A stretch of DNA of 63,776 nucleotides, counting the filler. It is 7 parts of 7 records of this genome, joined end to end, with 100 filler letters (N's around TTAATTAATTAA, not from the genome) between each part and the next. Parts side by side here need not be neighbours in the genome. Positions count along the whole stretch, not along the records: positions 26,913 to 37,052 come from SRR20825010_3897; 6 more parts are not named here. One strand, given 5' to 3'. Shown one piece after another: positions 27,880-37,152 of this stretch. Within the stretch, counting starts at the first letter, position 1; the number at the start of each line of letters is the position of its first letter. Below the pieces are notes generated by a model. It saw nothing but the letters and a program-made list of their open reading frames with translations. It was not told the origin of the DNA and made no database searches. The position numbers and the translations under genes were made by a program.

Positions 27880-29100
27880 ATGATGAAAATGTTTCTGGCC
27901 GGTGTGGTATCAACGTTGTTGATGGCAACGGCTGCCCAGGCAGCAGAACCGGTAAAGATTGCATTGATTGATCCGCTCAGCGGGCCCATGGCTGCAGCAG
28001 GTCAGCCCGCTTATGAGCATCTGAAATTTGCTGCTGAGCGAATCAACGCCAATGGCGGAATGAATGGTCATCCTGTGGAAATCGTCGGTCTGGACAACAA
28101 GCTGAGCCCTCAGGAGAGCCTGGTCCAGTTGCAGAAAGCCATGGATGACGGCGTGGACTTTATTACCCAGGGCAATGGTTCTGCCGTGGCGTCAGCCCTG
28201 ATTGCGAGTATCGAAAAACATAATCGGCGTAATCCTGGCGAAGAACGTTTGTTCCTGAATTACGCAGCGGTGGACCCGGCCTTTACCAACGAGCGCTGCT
28301 CATTCTGGCATTTCCGTTTTGATGCCAATTCCGACATGAAAATGAATGCCCTGACCGATTACCTGGCTGACCAGAAAAATATCAAGAAAGTGTATCTGGT
28401 TAACCAGGACTATAGCCATGGCCACTCAGTATCCAAGCAGGCACGCAGGATGCTGAAAGAAAAGCGGCCGGATATTGAAGTGGTGGGTAACGATTTTCAC
28501 CCGCTGGCAAAAGTGAAAGATTTCACACCCTATATTTCAAAAATTCAGGCTTCGGGTGCCGATGCCGTGATTACCGGTAACTGGGGGCAGGACATGACCC
28601 TGTTGGTAAAGGCTGCTGCGGACTTTGGTCTTGATGCGCCGTTCTTTACCTACTACGGGGCTAGCTCTGGCGTAGTGACACAGTTGGGTGATAAAGGCGT
28701 TGGCCGTCTTTATCAAATCAATGAGTACTATGGTGATTTCGAAGACCCGGAAATGGCGCAGCGGCAGTTGGATTTTTATAAAAAAGCCAACTGGGATTTT
28801 TACTATCTACGGCTGAGCAATATGCTCGATATGCTCAAGAAAGCCGCCGACCAGGAAAAGAGCGTAAACCCGGTTGTTATCGCGAAAGCGCTGGAAGGTA
28901 TGACCCTGACCAGTACCACTGGTGAGTTGCTAATGCGTGCGGAAGATCACCAGATCCAGTTGCCCATGTTTATCTCGGTGATGGACGACGAAATGAAATA
29001 CGGCGCCGAAGGCACCGAGTTCAACTTCCACAAAGTGGCGCGCATCGAACGTGATGACGTAACGCTGCCCACTACTTGCCGAATGCGTCGCCCGAAATAA
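27880..29100 (+). CDS. Liv-type ABC transporter substrate-binding protein
   Basis: Signal peptide; VKIALIDPLSGP, INANGG and CSFWHFRFDA motifs. Confidence 0.9.
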   Translation: MMKMFLAGVVSTLLMATAAQAAEPVKIALIDPLSGPMAAAGQPAYEHLKFAAERINANGGMNGHPVEIVGLDNKLSPQESLVQLQKAMDDGVDFITQGNGSAVASALIASIEKHNRRNPGEERLFLNYAAVDPAFTNERCSFWHFRFDANSDMKMNALTDYLADQKNIKKVYLVNQDYSHGHSVSKQARRMLKEKRPDIEVVGNDFHPLAKVKDFTPYISKIQASGADAVITGNWGQDMTLLVKAAADFGLDAPFFTYYGASSGVVTQLGDKGVGRLYQINEYYGDFEDPEMAQRQLDFYKKANWDFYYLRLSNMLDMLKKAADQEKSVNPVVIAKALEGMTLTSTTGELLMRAEDHQIQLPMFISVMDDEMKYGAEGTEFNFHKVARIERDDVTLPTTCRMRRPK

Positions 29101-29182
29101 ACGTCGGAAAGAGCGCAATCGATTGACCTTGTTGGATTGAGTCGAAGCAGCTGCATTTTGCGGCTGCTTCAGGAGCTTTTGC

Positions 29183-30124
29183 ATGCTCGAAATTATTATT
29201 TTTTCCACGCTGAACGGCATTTTGTACGGCTTGTTGCTGTTCATGCTGTCCAGCGGTTTAACGCTGATTTTCTCCATGATGGGCGTATTGAATTTTGCCC
29301 ATGCCAGTTTTTACATGCTCGGTGCCTATGTGGCGTACAGCTTGGGGATGGTGGTGGGCTTCTGGCCGGCCCTGTTTCTGGCGCCTCTGATTGTGGGGCT
29401 GTTGGGTGCCCTGGTTGAAAAATACGGGCTGCGCCGTGTCCACGAAAATGGCCATGTGGCCGAGTTGTTATTCACCTTCGGGTTGGCCTACGTGATCAAC
29501 GAACTGGTGCAGTTGATCTGGGGGCCGGTGTCGGTGGCCTACCGTGAACCGGCTTACTTGCGCGAGCCACTGTTCACCCTGATGGGCACTGACTACTCCA
29601 TTTTCCGCGGCGGCGTGATTCTGATTTCCGCAATGATGCTGGTGGCGCTTTGGTACCTGCTGAAGAAAACCCGTGTCGGCTTGATGGTGCGGGCCTCGTT
29701 AACCCACGGAAATATGGTGGGCCATCTGGGCCATAACGTGCCGCGCCTGTTTATGGGGGTGTTTGGTTTTGGTTGTGCCCTCGCTGGTCTGGCGGGGGTA
29801 ATGGGTGGCCCATTGCTGGCCACTGAGCCGGGCATGGCAGAAAGCCTTGGCCCTATTGTGTTTGTGGTGGTGGTTGTGGGCGGCATGGGGTCCCTGTTGG
29901 GGGCGTTCTATGCGTCGTTGCTGATCGGCCTGATCCAGACTTTCTTTGTGGCCATGGATGCCTCCGTGGGTGATTTGCTCAATGGCATTGGCATGAACGT
30001 GGACCCTTACGGAGAGATCACAGGCATCACTCTGGCCAGCATGGCGCCAATGACGCCCTTTATTCTGCTGGTACTGATTCTGATTTTCCGCCCACGCGGC
30101 TTGATGGGGGAGCTTGAGCCATGA
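29183..30124 (+). CDS. Liv-type ABC permease (LivH-like)
   Basis: GLTLIFSMMGVLNFAHASFYMLGAY and FVVVVVGGMGSLLG. Confidence 0.92.
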   Translation: MLEIIIFSTLNGILYGLLLFMLSSGLTLIFSMMGVLNFAHASFYMLGAYVAYSLGMVVGFWPALFLAPLIVGLLGALVEKYGLRRVHENGHVAELLFTFGLAYVINELVQLIWGPVSVAYREPAYLREPLFTLMGTDYSIFRGGVILISAMMLVALWYLLKKTRVGLMVRASLTHGNMVGHLGHNVPRLFMGVFGFGCALAGLAGVMGGPLLATEPGMAESLGPIVFVVVVVGGMGSLLGAFYASLLIGLIQTFFVAMDASVGDLLNGIGMNVDPYGEITGITLASMAPMTPFILLVLILIFRPRGLMGELEP

Positions 30125-31386
30125 ATGAAGCAACCGTAGTGGCAACATCGTCTCCGTCCATGCCCTGGCGCTCGCTGATGCCCTGGGCGATCAGTTTGGC
30201 GGTCATGGCTGTGTTGCCGTTTTTGTTTGATGGCGGCACCGCCTTCACGCTGATGAACGTGATCGGCATCAATATCGTGTTCGCCATGTCCTACAACATG
30301 TTGTTGGGGCAGGGTGGCATGTTGTCGTTTGGCCATGCGGTGTTCTTCGGCATGGGCAGTTACGCAGCCATGCATGCCATGAACGCCATCGATGAAGCGA
30401 GCTATACCGGTGAAGGTTTCTGGGCGCATATCCCGGTGGTCAGTATGCCCTTGGTGGGCATGATCGCCGGCGGGCTGGTGGCGCTGGTAATCGGTTGGCC
30501 ATTCTGCCGCCGGGCCGGTACCGCCTTTGCCATGATCACCCTCGGGTTGGGGGAGCTGGTCGCCGCAGCCGGACAAATGTTCCCGTCCCTGTTTGGTGGC
30601 GAAGCCGGTATCTTTGCCAACCGCATGGTCGGACCACAATGGTTCGGTATGGAGCTGTCCAGCGCCCGGGATGTGTACGGGTTTATCGCTTTCTGGACCC
30701 TGCTAGCGGTGGCCGCCATGTGGGCGTTCACCCGCACGCCGCTGGGGCGCATGTCCAACGCGGTGCGTGACAACCCGGACCGGATGGCCTTCATCGGTTA
30801 TCAACCGCGAAATATTCGCTATCTGATCTTTATCGCGTCGGGGGCGTTTGGTGGCCTGGCCGGTGGCATGGCAGCGGTGAACTACGAAATCATTACTCCG
30901 GAGTCCCTGGGGCTGATTCCGTCCGGGATGGCATTGCTGATGGCTGCCGTCGGTGGTCTGGGCGTGTTCTATGGCCCCATCGTTGGCGCCATCGTGGTGA
31001 CCCTGATCAATTCCATGCTCAGTGATTACACCGATGCCTCGATTCTTTATGTGGGGCTGATTTTCCTGAGTATTGTCATGTTCGCCCCGCGCGGGTTGGC
31101 CGGTGGTATCGAACAGGTGCGTGTGGCCTGGCGCCAGGGCGAGCTGACGGCGTGCCTGCCGGGCTGGCTAGCGGGTGCAGCGGCGGTGTTGTTGATTGCT
31201 ACGGGGCTGTCTCTGGCAGTGGAGCTGCTGTTTCACTGGCGTCACGGTAGCGACGGGATCAGCCAGTTTTTTGGCATGGCACTGAATGAAACCAGTGTGT
31301 GGCAATGGGCGGCCGTAATCGCGTTGGTTACCTCCGGTGTCGGGCTGATGCGCGCCACGCAAACCCTGCGGGAGAATGCACAATGA
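30121..31386 (+). CDS. Liv-type ABC permease (LivM-like)
   Basis: NMLLGQGGMLSFGHAVFFG, AVRDNPDR and GGLGVFYGPIVGA. Confidence 0.92.
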   Translation: MNEATVVATSSPSMPWRSLMPWAISLAVMAVLPFLFDGGTAFTLMNVIGINIVFAMSYNMLLGQGGMLSFGHAVFFGMGSYAAMHAMNAIDEASYTGEGFWAHIPVVSMPLVGMIAGGLVALVIGWPFCRRAGTAFAMITLGLGELVAAAGQMFPSLFGGEAGIFANRMVGPQWFGMELSSARDVYGFIAFWTLLAVAAMWAFTRTPLGRMSNAVRDNPDRMAFIGYQPRNIRYLIFIASGAFGGLAGGMAAVNYEIITPESLGLIPSGMALLMAAVGGLGVFYGPIVGAIVVTLINSMLSDYTDASILYVGLIFLSIVMFAPRGLAGGIEQVRVAWRQGELTACLPGWLAGAAAVLLIATGLSLAVELLFHWRHGSDGISQFFGMALNETSVWQWAAVIALVTSGVGLMRATQTLRENAQ

Positions 31387-32129
31387 TCGCGTTATCCATC
31401 AAGAATTTACGCAAGAGTTTTGGCCCTGCCGACATCATTCGGGGTGTCAACCTGGAGGTGAGCACCGGTGAAGTCCATGCGGTGATTGGCCCCAACGGCG
31501 CCGGTAAATCCACGTTCTTTAATCTGTTATCCGGCGCCTTGCAGCCCTCCAGCGGTGACATGGCCTTGAACGGTGCACGCATCAACGGCCTGTCGCCGGA
31601 CAAGATCCAGCAGCTGGGGCTGTCGCGTTCGTTTCAGGTGAGCAATGTGTTCGTCAACATGTCCGTGTTCGAAAATTTACGTTGCGCCTGCATGAAAAAC
31701 AGTAAAGCCGGTTATGTCTTCTGGCGGCCGGCCGCCGGCATTCGCCAGGCCAATCAGCGCGCCGAAGAGGTGCTGGCACTGATTGGCCTGCAAGCGTTGC
31801 GGGACGTGCCCGCCGGCGCGTTGCCCTATGCCAGCCAGCGAGCACTGGAAATCGGCATGACCATTGCCTGCGATGCACAGGTGGTACTGCTGGACGAACC
31901 TACCGCCGGTATGAGCAACACCGAAACCGAACAGGCCGTGGGCATGATCCGCAAGGTGGCCGCTGGGCGTACCTTGATGATCGTGGAGCATGACATGGGC
32001 GTGGTATTCGAGTTGGCCGACCGTATTTCCGTACTGGTCTATGGCGAAATTATCGCCACGGGCACCCCGGAACAAATTCGCAATGACCCCAAGGTAAAAG
32101 AAGCCTATCTGGGTGAGGAGGCCGCCTGA
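31383..32129 (+). CDS. Liv-type ABC ATP-binding protein (LivG-like)
   Basis: GPNGAGKST, RSFQ, LLDEPTAG and VKEAYLG motifs. Confidence 0.93.
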   Translation: MIALSIKNLRKSFGPADIIRGVNLEVSTGEVHAVIGPNGAGKSTFFNLLSGALQPSSGDMALNGARINGLSPDKIQQLGLSRSFQVSNVFVNMSVFENLRCACMKNSKAGYVFWRPAAGIRQANQRAEEVLALIGLQALRDVPAGALPYASQRALEIGMTIACDAQVVLLDEPTAGMSNTETEQAVGMIRKVAAGRTLMIVEHDMGVVFELADRISVLVYGEIIATGTPEQIRNDPKVKEAYLGEEAA

Positions 32130-32824
32130 TGTTGGAGGTACAGGATCTACATGCCTATTACGGTAAAAGCCATATTTTGCAGGGGGTGAATTTTTCCCTG
32201 CAGGAAGGTGAAGTGGTGTCGTTGCTGGGGCGAAACGGCGTGGGCCGGTCCACCACGGTGAAATCCATCATGGGTGAAGTGCCACCGGCGGGCTCCATCC
32301 GTTTTCGGGGTACGGAAATTTCCGGCCTGCCCAACCACAAAATTTCGCGGCTGGGGTTGGGGTATGTCCCGGAGGATCGGGATATTTTCCCTACCCTCAC
32401 GGTGCGACAGAACCTGGAGCTGGGCCTGAAAAATCCGCGCAAACCCGGTAAGTGGACCGTGGAAAAAATGCTCGAGATGTTCCCCAATCTGGCGCGCCGC
32501 GAACACTCCCCGGCGGGGGTGCTGTCCGGCGGTGAAAAGCAGATGCTCGCCATGACCCGCACCCTGATGGGCGACCCGTCCTTGATCATGATTGACGAAC
32601 CTACCGAAGGCCTGGCCCCGCTCATCGTCAAACAAATCGCCGACCTGATCTCGGAAATCGCCAACGCCGGCGTCTCTATCCTGCTGGTGGAGCAGAAACT
32701 CTCCATCGCCATGGATATCTCCCACCGCGTGCTGGTCATGGGCCACGGCCAGATCGTGTTCCAGGGCACCCCGGACGAACTGCGCAACGATGACGCCGTG
32801 CGCAAGGAGTGGCTGGAGGTGTAA
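32129..32824 (+). CDS. Liv-type ABC ATP-binding protein (LivF-like)
   Basis: LGRNGVGRST, YVPEDR, LSGGEKQML and DEPTEGLAP motifs. Confidence 0.93.
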   Translation: MLEVQDLHAYYGKSHILQGVNFSLQEGEVVSLLGRNGVGRSTTVKSIMGEVPPAGSIRFRGTEISGLPNHKISRLGLGYVPEDRDIFPTLTVRQNLELGLKNPRKPGKWTVEKMLEMFPNLARREHSPAGVLSGGEKQMLAMTRTLMGDPSLIMIDEPTEGLAPLIVKQIADLISEIANAGVSILLVEQKLSIAMDISHRVLVMGHGQIVFQGTPDELRNDDAVRKEWLEV

Positions 32825-32838
32825 AGGGGGTGAGGTAG

Positions 32839-32873
32839 AACTGAAAAGCCGGCGTAATGCCGGCTTTTCAGTT
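32839..32873. terminator. Intrinsic terminator hairpin
   Basis: AACTGAAAAGCCGGC-GTAAT-GCCGGCTTTTCAGTT, 15-bp stem. Confidence 0.85.
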
Positions 32874-32985
32874 GTTAGTTACCAAACTAAATATTATTCG
32901 ATGTTCTGGATCTGTTTGTTGGTTAAGAATTAAAAATACTTGAAAGTCAATTGGTTGCCTGTGTTTTTGCATGGCGGTTTTTGCT

Positions 32986-33024
32986 TTGCCCACCATGTTG
33001 CCCACCACTTTTAAGTCCTTGATT
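32986..33024. mobile_element. Probable attachment-site arm of an integrative element
   Basis: Direct repeat TTGCCCACCA (32986-32995, 32998-33007) next to an exact IHF consensus WATCAA-N4-TTR on the minus strand (33012-33024); accessory genes follow. Confidence 0.5.
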
Positions 33025-33390
33025 TAGCTTAATGAGCAAATACGCGGGGCCTTTTGGAGGAGGGTGGGTTGCTGAAAAGGCGGGGTCCACGTGCCCGGTA
33101 TTTCAGGTCGTGACGATAGGGTTTCTGGTGAATGTATTCACTGGAGAGCAAGATGACAATTCGTTGGCGTTACCTGGATGGATGGATGGCTGGTAGCTCA
33201 TCATTAAGAAGGGTCGGAATTGAGGATCTGGGAAGCGGATTCTTCATTGGGCCCGGCGCTGGCCTTATTGCTGAATGAGGCTCCAGAACTCTCACGTCTA
33301 TTAGTGCAGGGATTTGGCCAAAATTGCTGACGGCAGTACGATTCCTGGCCTTTGGTGCACTCGCGCGGCTTTCTTTGGGCATTATGGTGT

Positions 33391-33428
33391 CTATTTTGTC
33401 CATTAAATGCGAAAATTGGACAAAATAG
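33391..33428. promoter_or_regulatory. Inverted repeat, probable HipB-type operator
   Basis: CTATTTTGTCCA-N14-TGGACAAAATAG, a perfect 12-bp IR just upstream of the antitoxin. Confidence 0.65.
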
Positions 33429-33446
33429 TATCCATATAGGTGTGAT

Positions 33447-33734
33447 ATGGTCGCCCTACTTGACGATGCCGATGTCCAGCGGGCATTTGCCACCCATCTG
33501 CGACGTTTGCGCAAGCAGGCCAAGCTGTCTCGCGATGCGCTAGCTGCGCGTAGCGGTGTGCCAGCATCCACCATCAAGAAATTCGAGCTCACCGGCCAAA
33601 TCTCGTTCCGGCAGCTGCTATTTCTCTGGCAGAGTCTGGACGATCTGCGTCGCCTGTATGCGTTGACTCGCAATTCCCTCAGCGAAGCTGAGTTGCCATC
33701 CAGTATCGATGAGGTGTTGAGCGATGACCTTTAA
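33447..33734 (+). CDS. XRE-family HTH antitoxin (HipB-like)
   Basis: LRRLRKQAKLSRDALAARSGVPASTIKKFELTGQIS; overlaps the HipA start. Confidence 0.85.
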   Translation: MVALLDDADVQRAFATHLRRLRKQAKLSRDALAARSGVPASTIKKFELTGQISFRQLLFLWQSLDDLRRLYALTRNSLSEAELPSSIDEVLSDDL

Positions 33735-35007
33735 GCCGGTCCGCAAGCTGACGGTAACCCGCACGCTGGCAACGGGGCAGGCGGTGACGGTGGGTGTGCT
33801 GGCGCAGAATCGGCAGGGCGTCTTCTTTCAGTACGATGCAGATTATCTGGGGCGATATGGCAACCTCTCGCCCTTTGGCCTAAAGGCAACCACGGAGCTG
33901 CAGCTTGCTCCCAAAAGGCCGCACTCCGGCCTGCATGGCCTGTTCGGCGATAGTCTGCCTGATGGCTGGGGTTCCTTGCTGCAAGATCGTGTGTTCCGAC
34001 AGCATGGCATTCTCCCTGCCCAGATCACCGCCATGGATCGCCTGGCGTTTGTAGGGGCTTCCGGGATGGGGGGCCTGTCATTCTCGCCGACCTCGGAATA
34101 CCAGCTTGCCTCAACCGGCGACATCGACCTGGCGAAGTTGGGTCTGGAGGCGCAGGCGTTTTTTGACGGTCAGACGGAAGAGGTGCTGGCGGATCTGGTG
34201 GCAGCAGGCAGCTCCGGTGGTGCCAGACCCAAGGCGCAGTTCTACATCTCCCCGGATGAGCCAGATCGCTGCCGCACGGTGGCGGGGCTAGGCGATGAGG
34301 CTTGGCTGGTCAAGTTTACCTCCCGGAATCTGCCCCTCGGCCATAAAGAAGGGCTCTGTGAAGCGGTCTATCTGCACCTGGCCGGAAAGCTGGGGCTGGA
34401 GCCGCCTGAGTGGCGGCTGTTCGAGGCGCCAGAACAAAGTGGTGCCCGAGCCTGGCTCGGGGTAAAGCGGTTCGATTGGATAAGCCATCCCCAAAAGGCA
34501 GGTCGACTCCACATGCACAGTGCCTGTGGCTTGCTGGATGCGGATTTCCGGACGCCTAGCCTGGATTACGAGGATCTGATCAAGGCCAGCCGCCACCTAT
34601 GTCGTTCGCCAGCAGTAGGCAAACTGCAGTTTCGCAGGGCCATGTTCAACCTGTTTGCCTGCAACCAGGACGACCACAGCAAGAACTGGGCTTTCCTGCA
34701 GGATGATGCGGGTGAATGGACGCCTGCCCCTTTCTACGATGTGACCTTTAGCCCTCACCCCTACCAGGAGCATGCCACCGCTTATGCCGGTTTCGGCAAG
34801 AATCCGCCGCTAAAAGCCATCCAAGGACTGGCGGCGCGGGCTGGGTACGCCAAGTGGGAGCTGGCCCGGAAAGATATTGATGGGATCGTGGATGCTCTCG
34901 CTGATTTCGCTGCCGTTGCCAGAGATTTCGGAGTAGATCGTGGTACTGCTGAGCTGATTGGTCGGCAGCTTGATGAGTTAAGGAAGGTGTATGGGGTAAG
35001 TCGCTAG
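33724..35007 (+). CDS. hipA: HipA-family kinase toxin
   Basis: N-terminal FQY...DSLPDGWG coupling domain, SSGGARPK loop, KRFD, NQDDHSKN and PFYDV catalytic motifs. Confidence 0.92.
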   Translation: MTFKPVRKLTVTRTLATGQAVTVGVLAQNRQGVFFQYDADYLGRYGNLSPFGLKATTELQLAPKRPHSGLHGLFGDSLPDGWGSLLQDRVFRQHGILPAQITAMDRLAFVGASGMGGLSFSPTSEYQLASTGDIDLAKLGLEAQAFFDGQTEEVLADLVAAGSSGGARPKAQFYISPDEPDRCRTVAGLGDEAWLVKFTSRNLPLGHKEGLCEAVYLHLAGKLGLEPPEWRLFEAPEQSGARAWLGVKRFDWISHPQKAGRLHMHSACGLLDADFRTPSLDYEDLIKASRHLCRSPAVGKLQFRRAMFNLFACNQDDHSKNWAFLQDDAGEWTPAPFYDVTFSPHPYQEHATAYAGFGKNPPLKAIQGLAARAGYAKWELARKDIDGIVDALADFAAVARDFGVDRGTAELIGRQLDELRKVYGVSR

Positions 35008-35014
35008 TTTGAGG

Positions 35015-35713
35015 TCATGCCTGTGTATCTTGGTCTTGTCTGTCGTGGCCAGTCTCGGTCTGTTGCTGGGGGCGTTTTTCGAGCTCTAGACGGATTGACT
35101 GATCAGTTTTCTTGAAGTGTTGAGCTTTTAGAGTCTCATAATCTGGGCCAGGGGTTTCGTTGGAGAGCCCCCAGCTTTCTAGCTTTGCTTGTAGTTCGGA
35201 TAGCATGTTTATCTGTTGGTTGATAATTCGATCCCTGGATTGAACAGCATTCACAAGACCTTCGATCTGACTTCCTAGGATTGCTTGTGAGTTGTCTGGC
35301 TGAAATAGAGTGGCTTTTCTGGTGTGGGCAGTTGCCATGGCCATTCGCTTTCCCTCCCTCTTCCCCCACTCAAAATCTTTGGCTGATTGATTGATCAGAA
35401 ACTCGAGCATCTCAGGCACGGATTTTCGGTATTCGTTACGCAATTTTGTGAGTTGGTCGTCTGCTTTTTTGCTAAGAAAAAAGTTGTAATTTTTCTCCCC
35501 CTTTTGCTTTGATTCTTGTCGCTTTCTGTGGCGGTCGAGGGCTGCCTCGAATAATCGCATTGCCTCTTTATCTAGGCGATTAACCTGTTGTAGTTGCTGA
35601 AACGTGCTGTCGTGTGGAGGGACTGATCGAGAGTAGCCTTTCTTCCGTAGGTAGCTCAGAGCCCATTCGTATTCAGCGGTATCGCCTTGATTCAAGAGCT
35701 CGACTATTGACAT
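35015..35713 (-). CDS. Hypothetical protein with a predicted ribbon-helix-helix segment
   Basis: 232-aa ORF with atypical codon use; KNYNFFLS-KKADDQLTKLRNEY-RKSVPEMLEFLIN fits a strand-helix-helix pattern. Confidence 0.65.
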   Translation of the reverse strand: MSIVELLNQGDTAEYEWALSYLRKKGYSRSVPPHDSTFQQLQQVNRLDKEAMRLFEAALDRHRKRQESKQKGEKNYNFFLSKKADDQLTKLRNEYRKSVPEMLEFLINQSAKDFEWGKREGKRMAMATAHTRKATLFQPDNSQAILGSQIEGLVNAVQSRDRIINQQINMLSELQAKLESWGLSNETPGPDYETLKAQHFKKTDQSIRLELEKRPQQQTETGHDRQDQDTQA

Positions 35714-35863
35714 GACTGCCGTGTCCGTAACGTTATAAACTAGTAGATACTAGTTTTAAACTAGTTTTAGATTAATGCAATAGAAAATGTTGAGCTGTAA
35801 CATCATTGGCGCCGAAGCTACTCTAGTCGCTACAATTTTAGGGTAAAAATATGGGGATTAATT

Positions 35864-37027
35864 GTGACTAACGAAGATGTTATCTGCTGGGCTCTCAAAC
35901 TCCGGGATGACCGGGTGTCTGCAATAGACAAGTATTTCCTCATTGCGGTTTGGAGGCGCTACGGGACCAACACCGTCACGGATAAAGTAAAAGATCTAGC
36001 ACAAAAGATCCAGCTCAATGACCGCTATGTGAGCAGCTCTAGGAATGCTTGGGTTGAGGTAGGTGTGGTTGAGCTCTGCCCTATGCCGGGAGCTGAGAGC
36101 AAAAGGGGTAGGAGACAGAAAAGCTTCAGAATCAATATTGAGAGGCTGGCTGCGTTAGTAGAGGGGGATAAGGCTTTTTCACTAAATCAAAATCTGATCA
36201 GGGGGCTCTTTTGCCAAAATGAAAGGTTGGGTCGGATTCGGGTGAAAAGGGAAGAGGGGAGCGATGCGCTGACTGTGAACAGCTTGGTCTTGCTCGGGGT
36301 GCTTGTGATGTCTGCTGATAAGACAGGGTATGTCAGTGGCTATGGGGAGAAGGCTTTGAGAGAGATGGCGGGACTTGAAAAGTCACAGTTTCGGTATGCG
36401 CTCAATCAACTTGCTGAGGTTGGGGTGCTCGGAAACTGGCTACCCGGTATTAGCAGTAAACATCTGTTTGGGAGAAGGCCAGGGGTCTATTGGCTCAATT
36501 TAGGGCATTCTTTCTTCGGGGAGGATAGGGTCCATTGTATCTATGTATTCGATCGGTTGGCTTGGAGGCCGCTTGATAGGATATGCGATTTCTATGGCCT
36601 TTTTGGAGCAAGAACTTTTAGGAGGCTTGATAAGGAGGAGCTGGCTAAGATTGAGCAAAGAGAGGGATTGCCGGCTGGTTGGAGCGAATATTTCCGGGAT
36701 AGACCGTGGTTTAAGACTGCAGGGCATCTCGCCTGTCTATTGGCCCAGCATGCATGCCTTGTTCTTGAAAGGAGAGTTGTGGATGAGGATGGCCTTGGTG
36801 ATGGGGAGGGTGAATCATTAAGTGAGGATTTGGGGCGAGAGCTGGGTACGGAGCATTGGTTTGAGCATATGGCCGAAGACAAGAGGGCGCTGTTGCCTAC
36901 TGTGTTGGAGTATTTGGTCGATCATGGGGTGAAGAAATGGGCTGATGCGGCCATGAGCCTCTATAAGGAGGCTCTGAAGGGGGCTGATTTGGAGTGTTTT
37001 TTGTGTGAGAGCACCAAATTTATGTAG
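35864..37027 (+). CDS. Hypothetical protein with two winged-HTH-like segments, probably IS-truncated
   Basis: 387-aa ORF containing KVKDLAQKIQLNDRYVSSSRNAWVEVGVV and GEKALREMAGLEKSQFRYALNQLAEVGVL; its stop codon lies inside the IS end. Confidence 0.65.
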   Translation: MTNEDVICWALKLRDDRVSAIDKYFLIAVWRRYGTNTVTDKVKDLAQKIQLNDRYVSSSRNAWVEVGVVELCPMPGAESKRGRRQKSFRINIERLAALVEGDKAFSLNQNLIRGLFCQNERLGRIRVKREEGSDALTVNSLVLLGVLVMSADKTGYVSGYGEKALREMAGLEKSQFRYALNQLAEVGVLGNWLPGISSKHLFGRRPGVYWLNLGHSFFGEDRVHCIYVFDRLAWRPLDRICDFYGLFGARTFRRLDKEELAKIEQREGLPAGWSEYFRDRPWFKTAGHLACLLAQHACLVLERRVVDEDGLGDGEGESLSEDLGRELGTEHWFEHMAEDKRALLPTVLEYLVDHGVKKWADAAMSLYKEALKGADLECFLCESTKFM

Positions 37028-37052
37028 TGGTCAACTAATTCCGGACAGTGAT
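37023..37052. mobile_element. Terminal inverted repeat of an IS3-family element at the contig end
   Basis: TGTAGTGGTCAACTAATTCCGGACA begins with TG and resembles IS3-family ends; the contig breaks here. Confidence 0.6.
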
Positions 37053-37152
37053 NNNNNNNNNNNNNNNNNNNNNNNNNNNNNNNNNNNNNNNNNNNNTTAA
37101 TTAATTAANNNNNNNNNNNNNNNNNNNNNNNNNNNNNNNNNNNNNNNNNNNN
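37053..37152. other. Artificial contig linker
   Basis: N-run, TTAATTAATTAA, N-run. Confidence 0.98.

Noticed and set aside
33153..33278. 41-codon ORF with a GGAG RBS at the island edge
   Set aside because: Too short, no motif and no supporting context.
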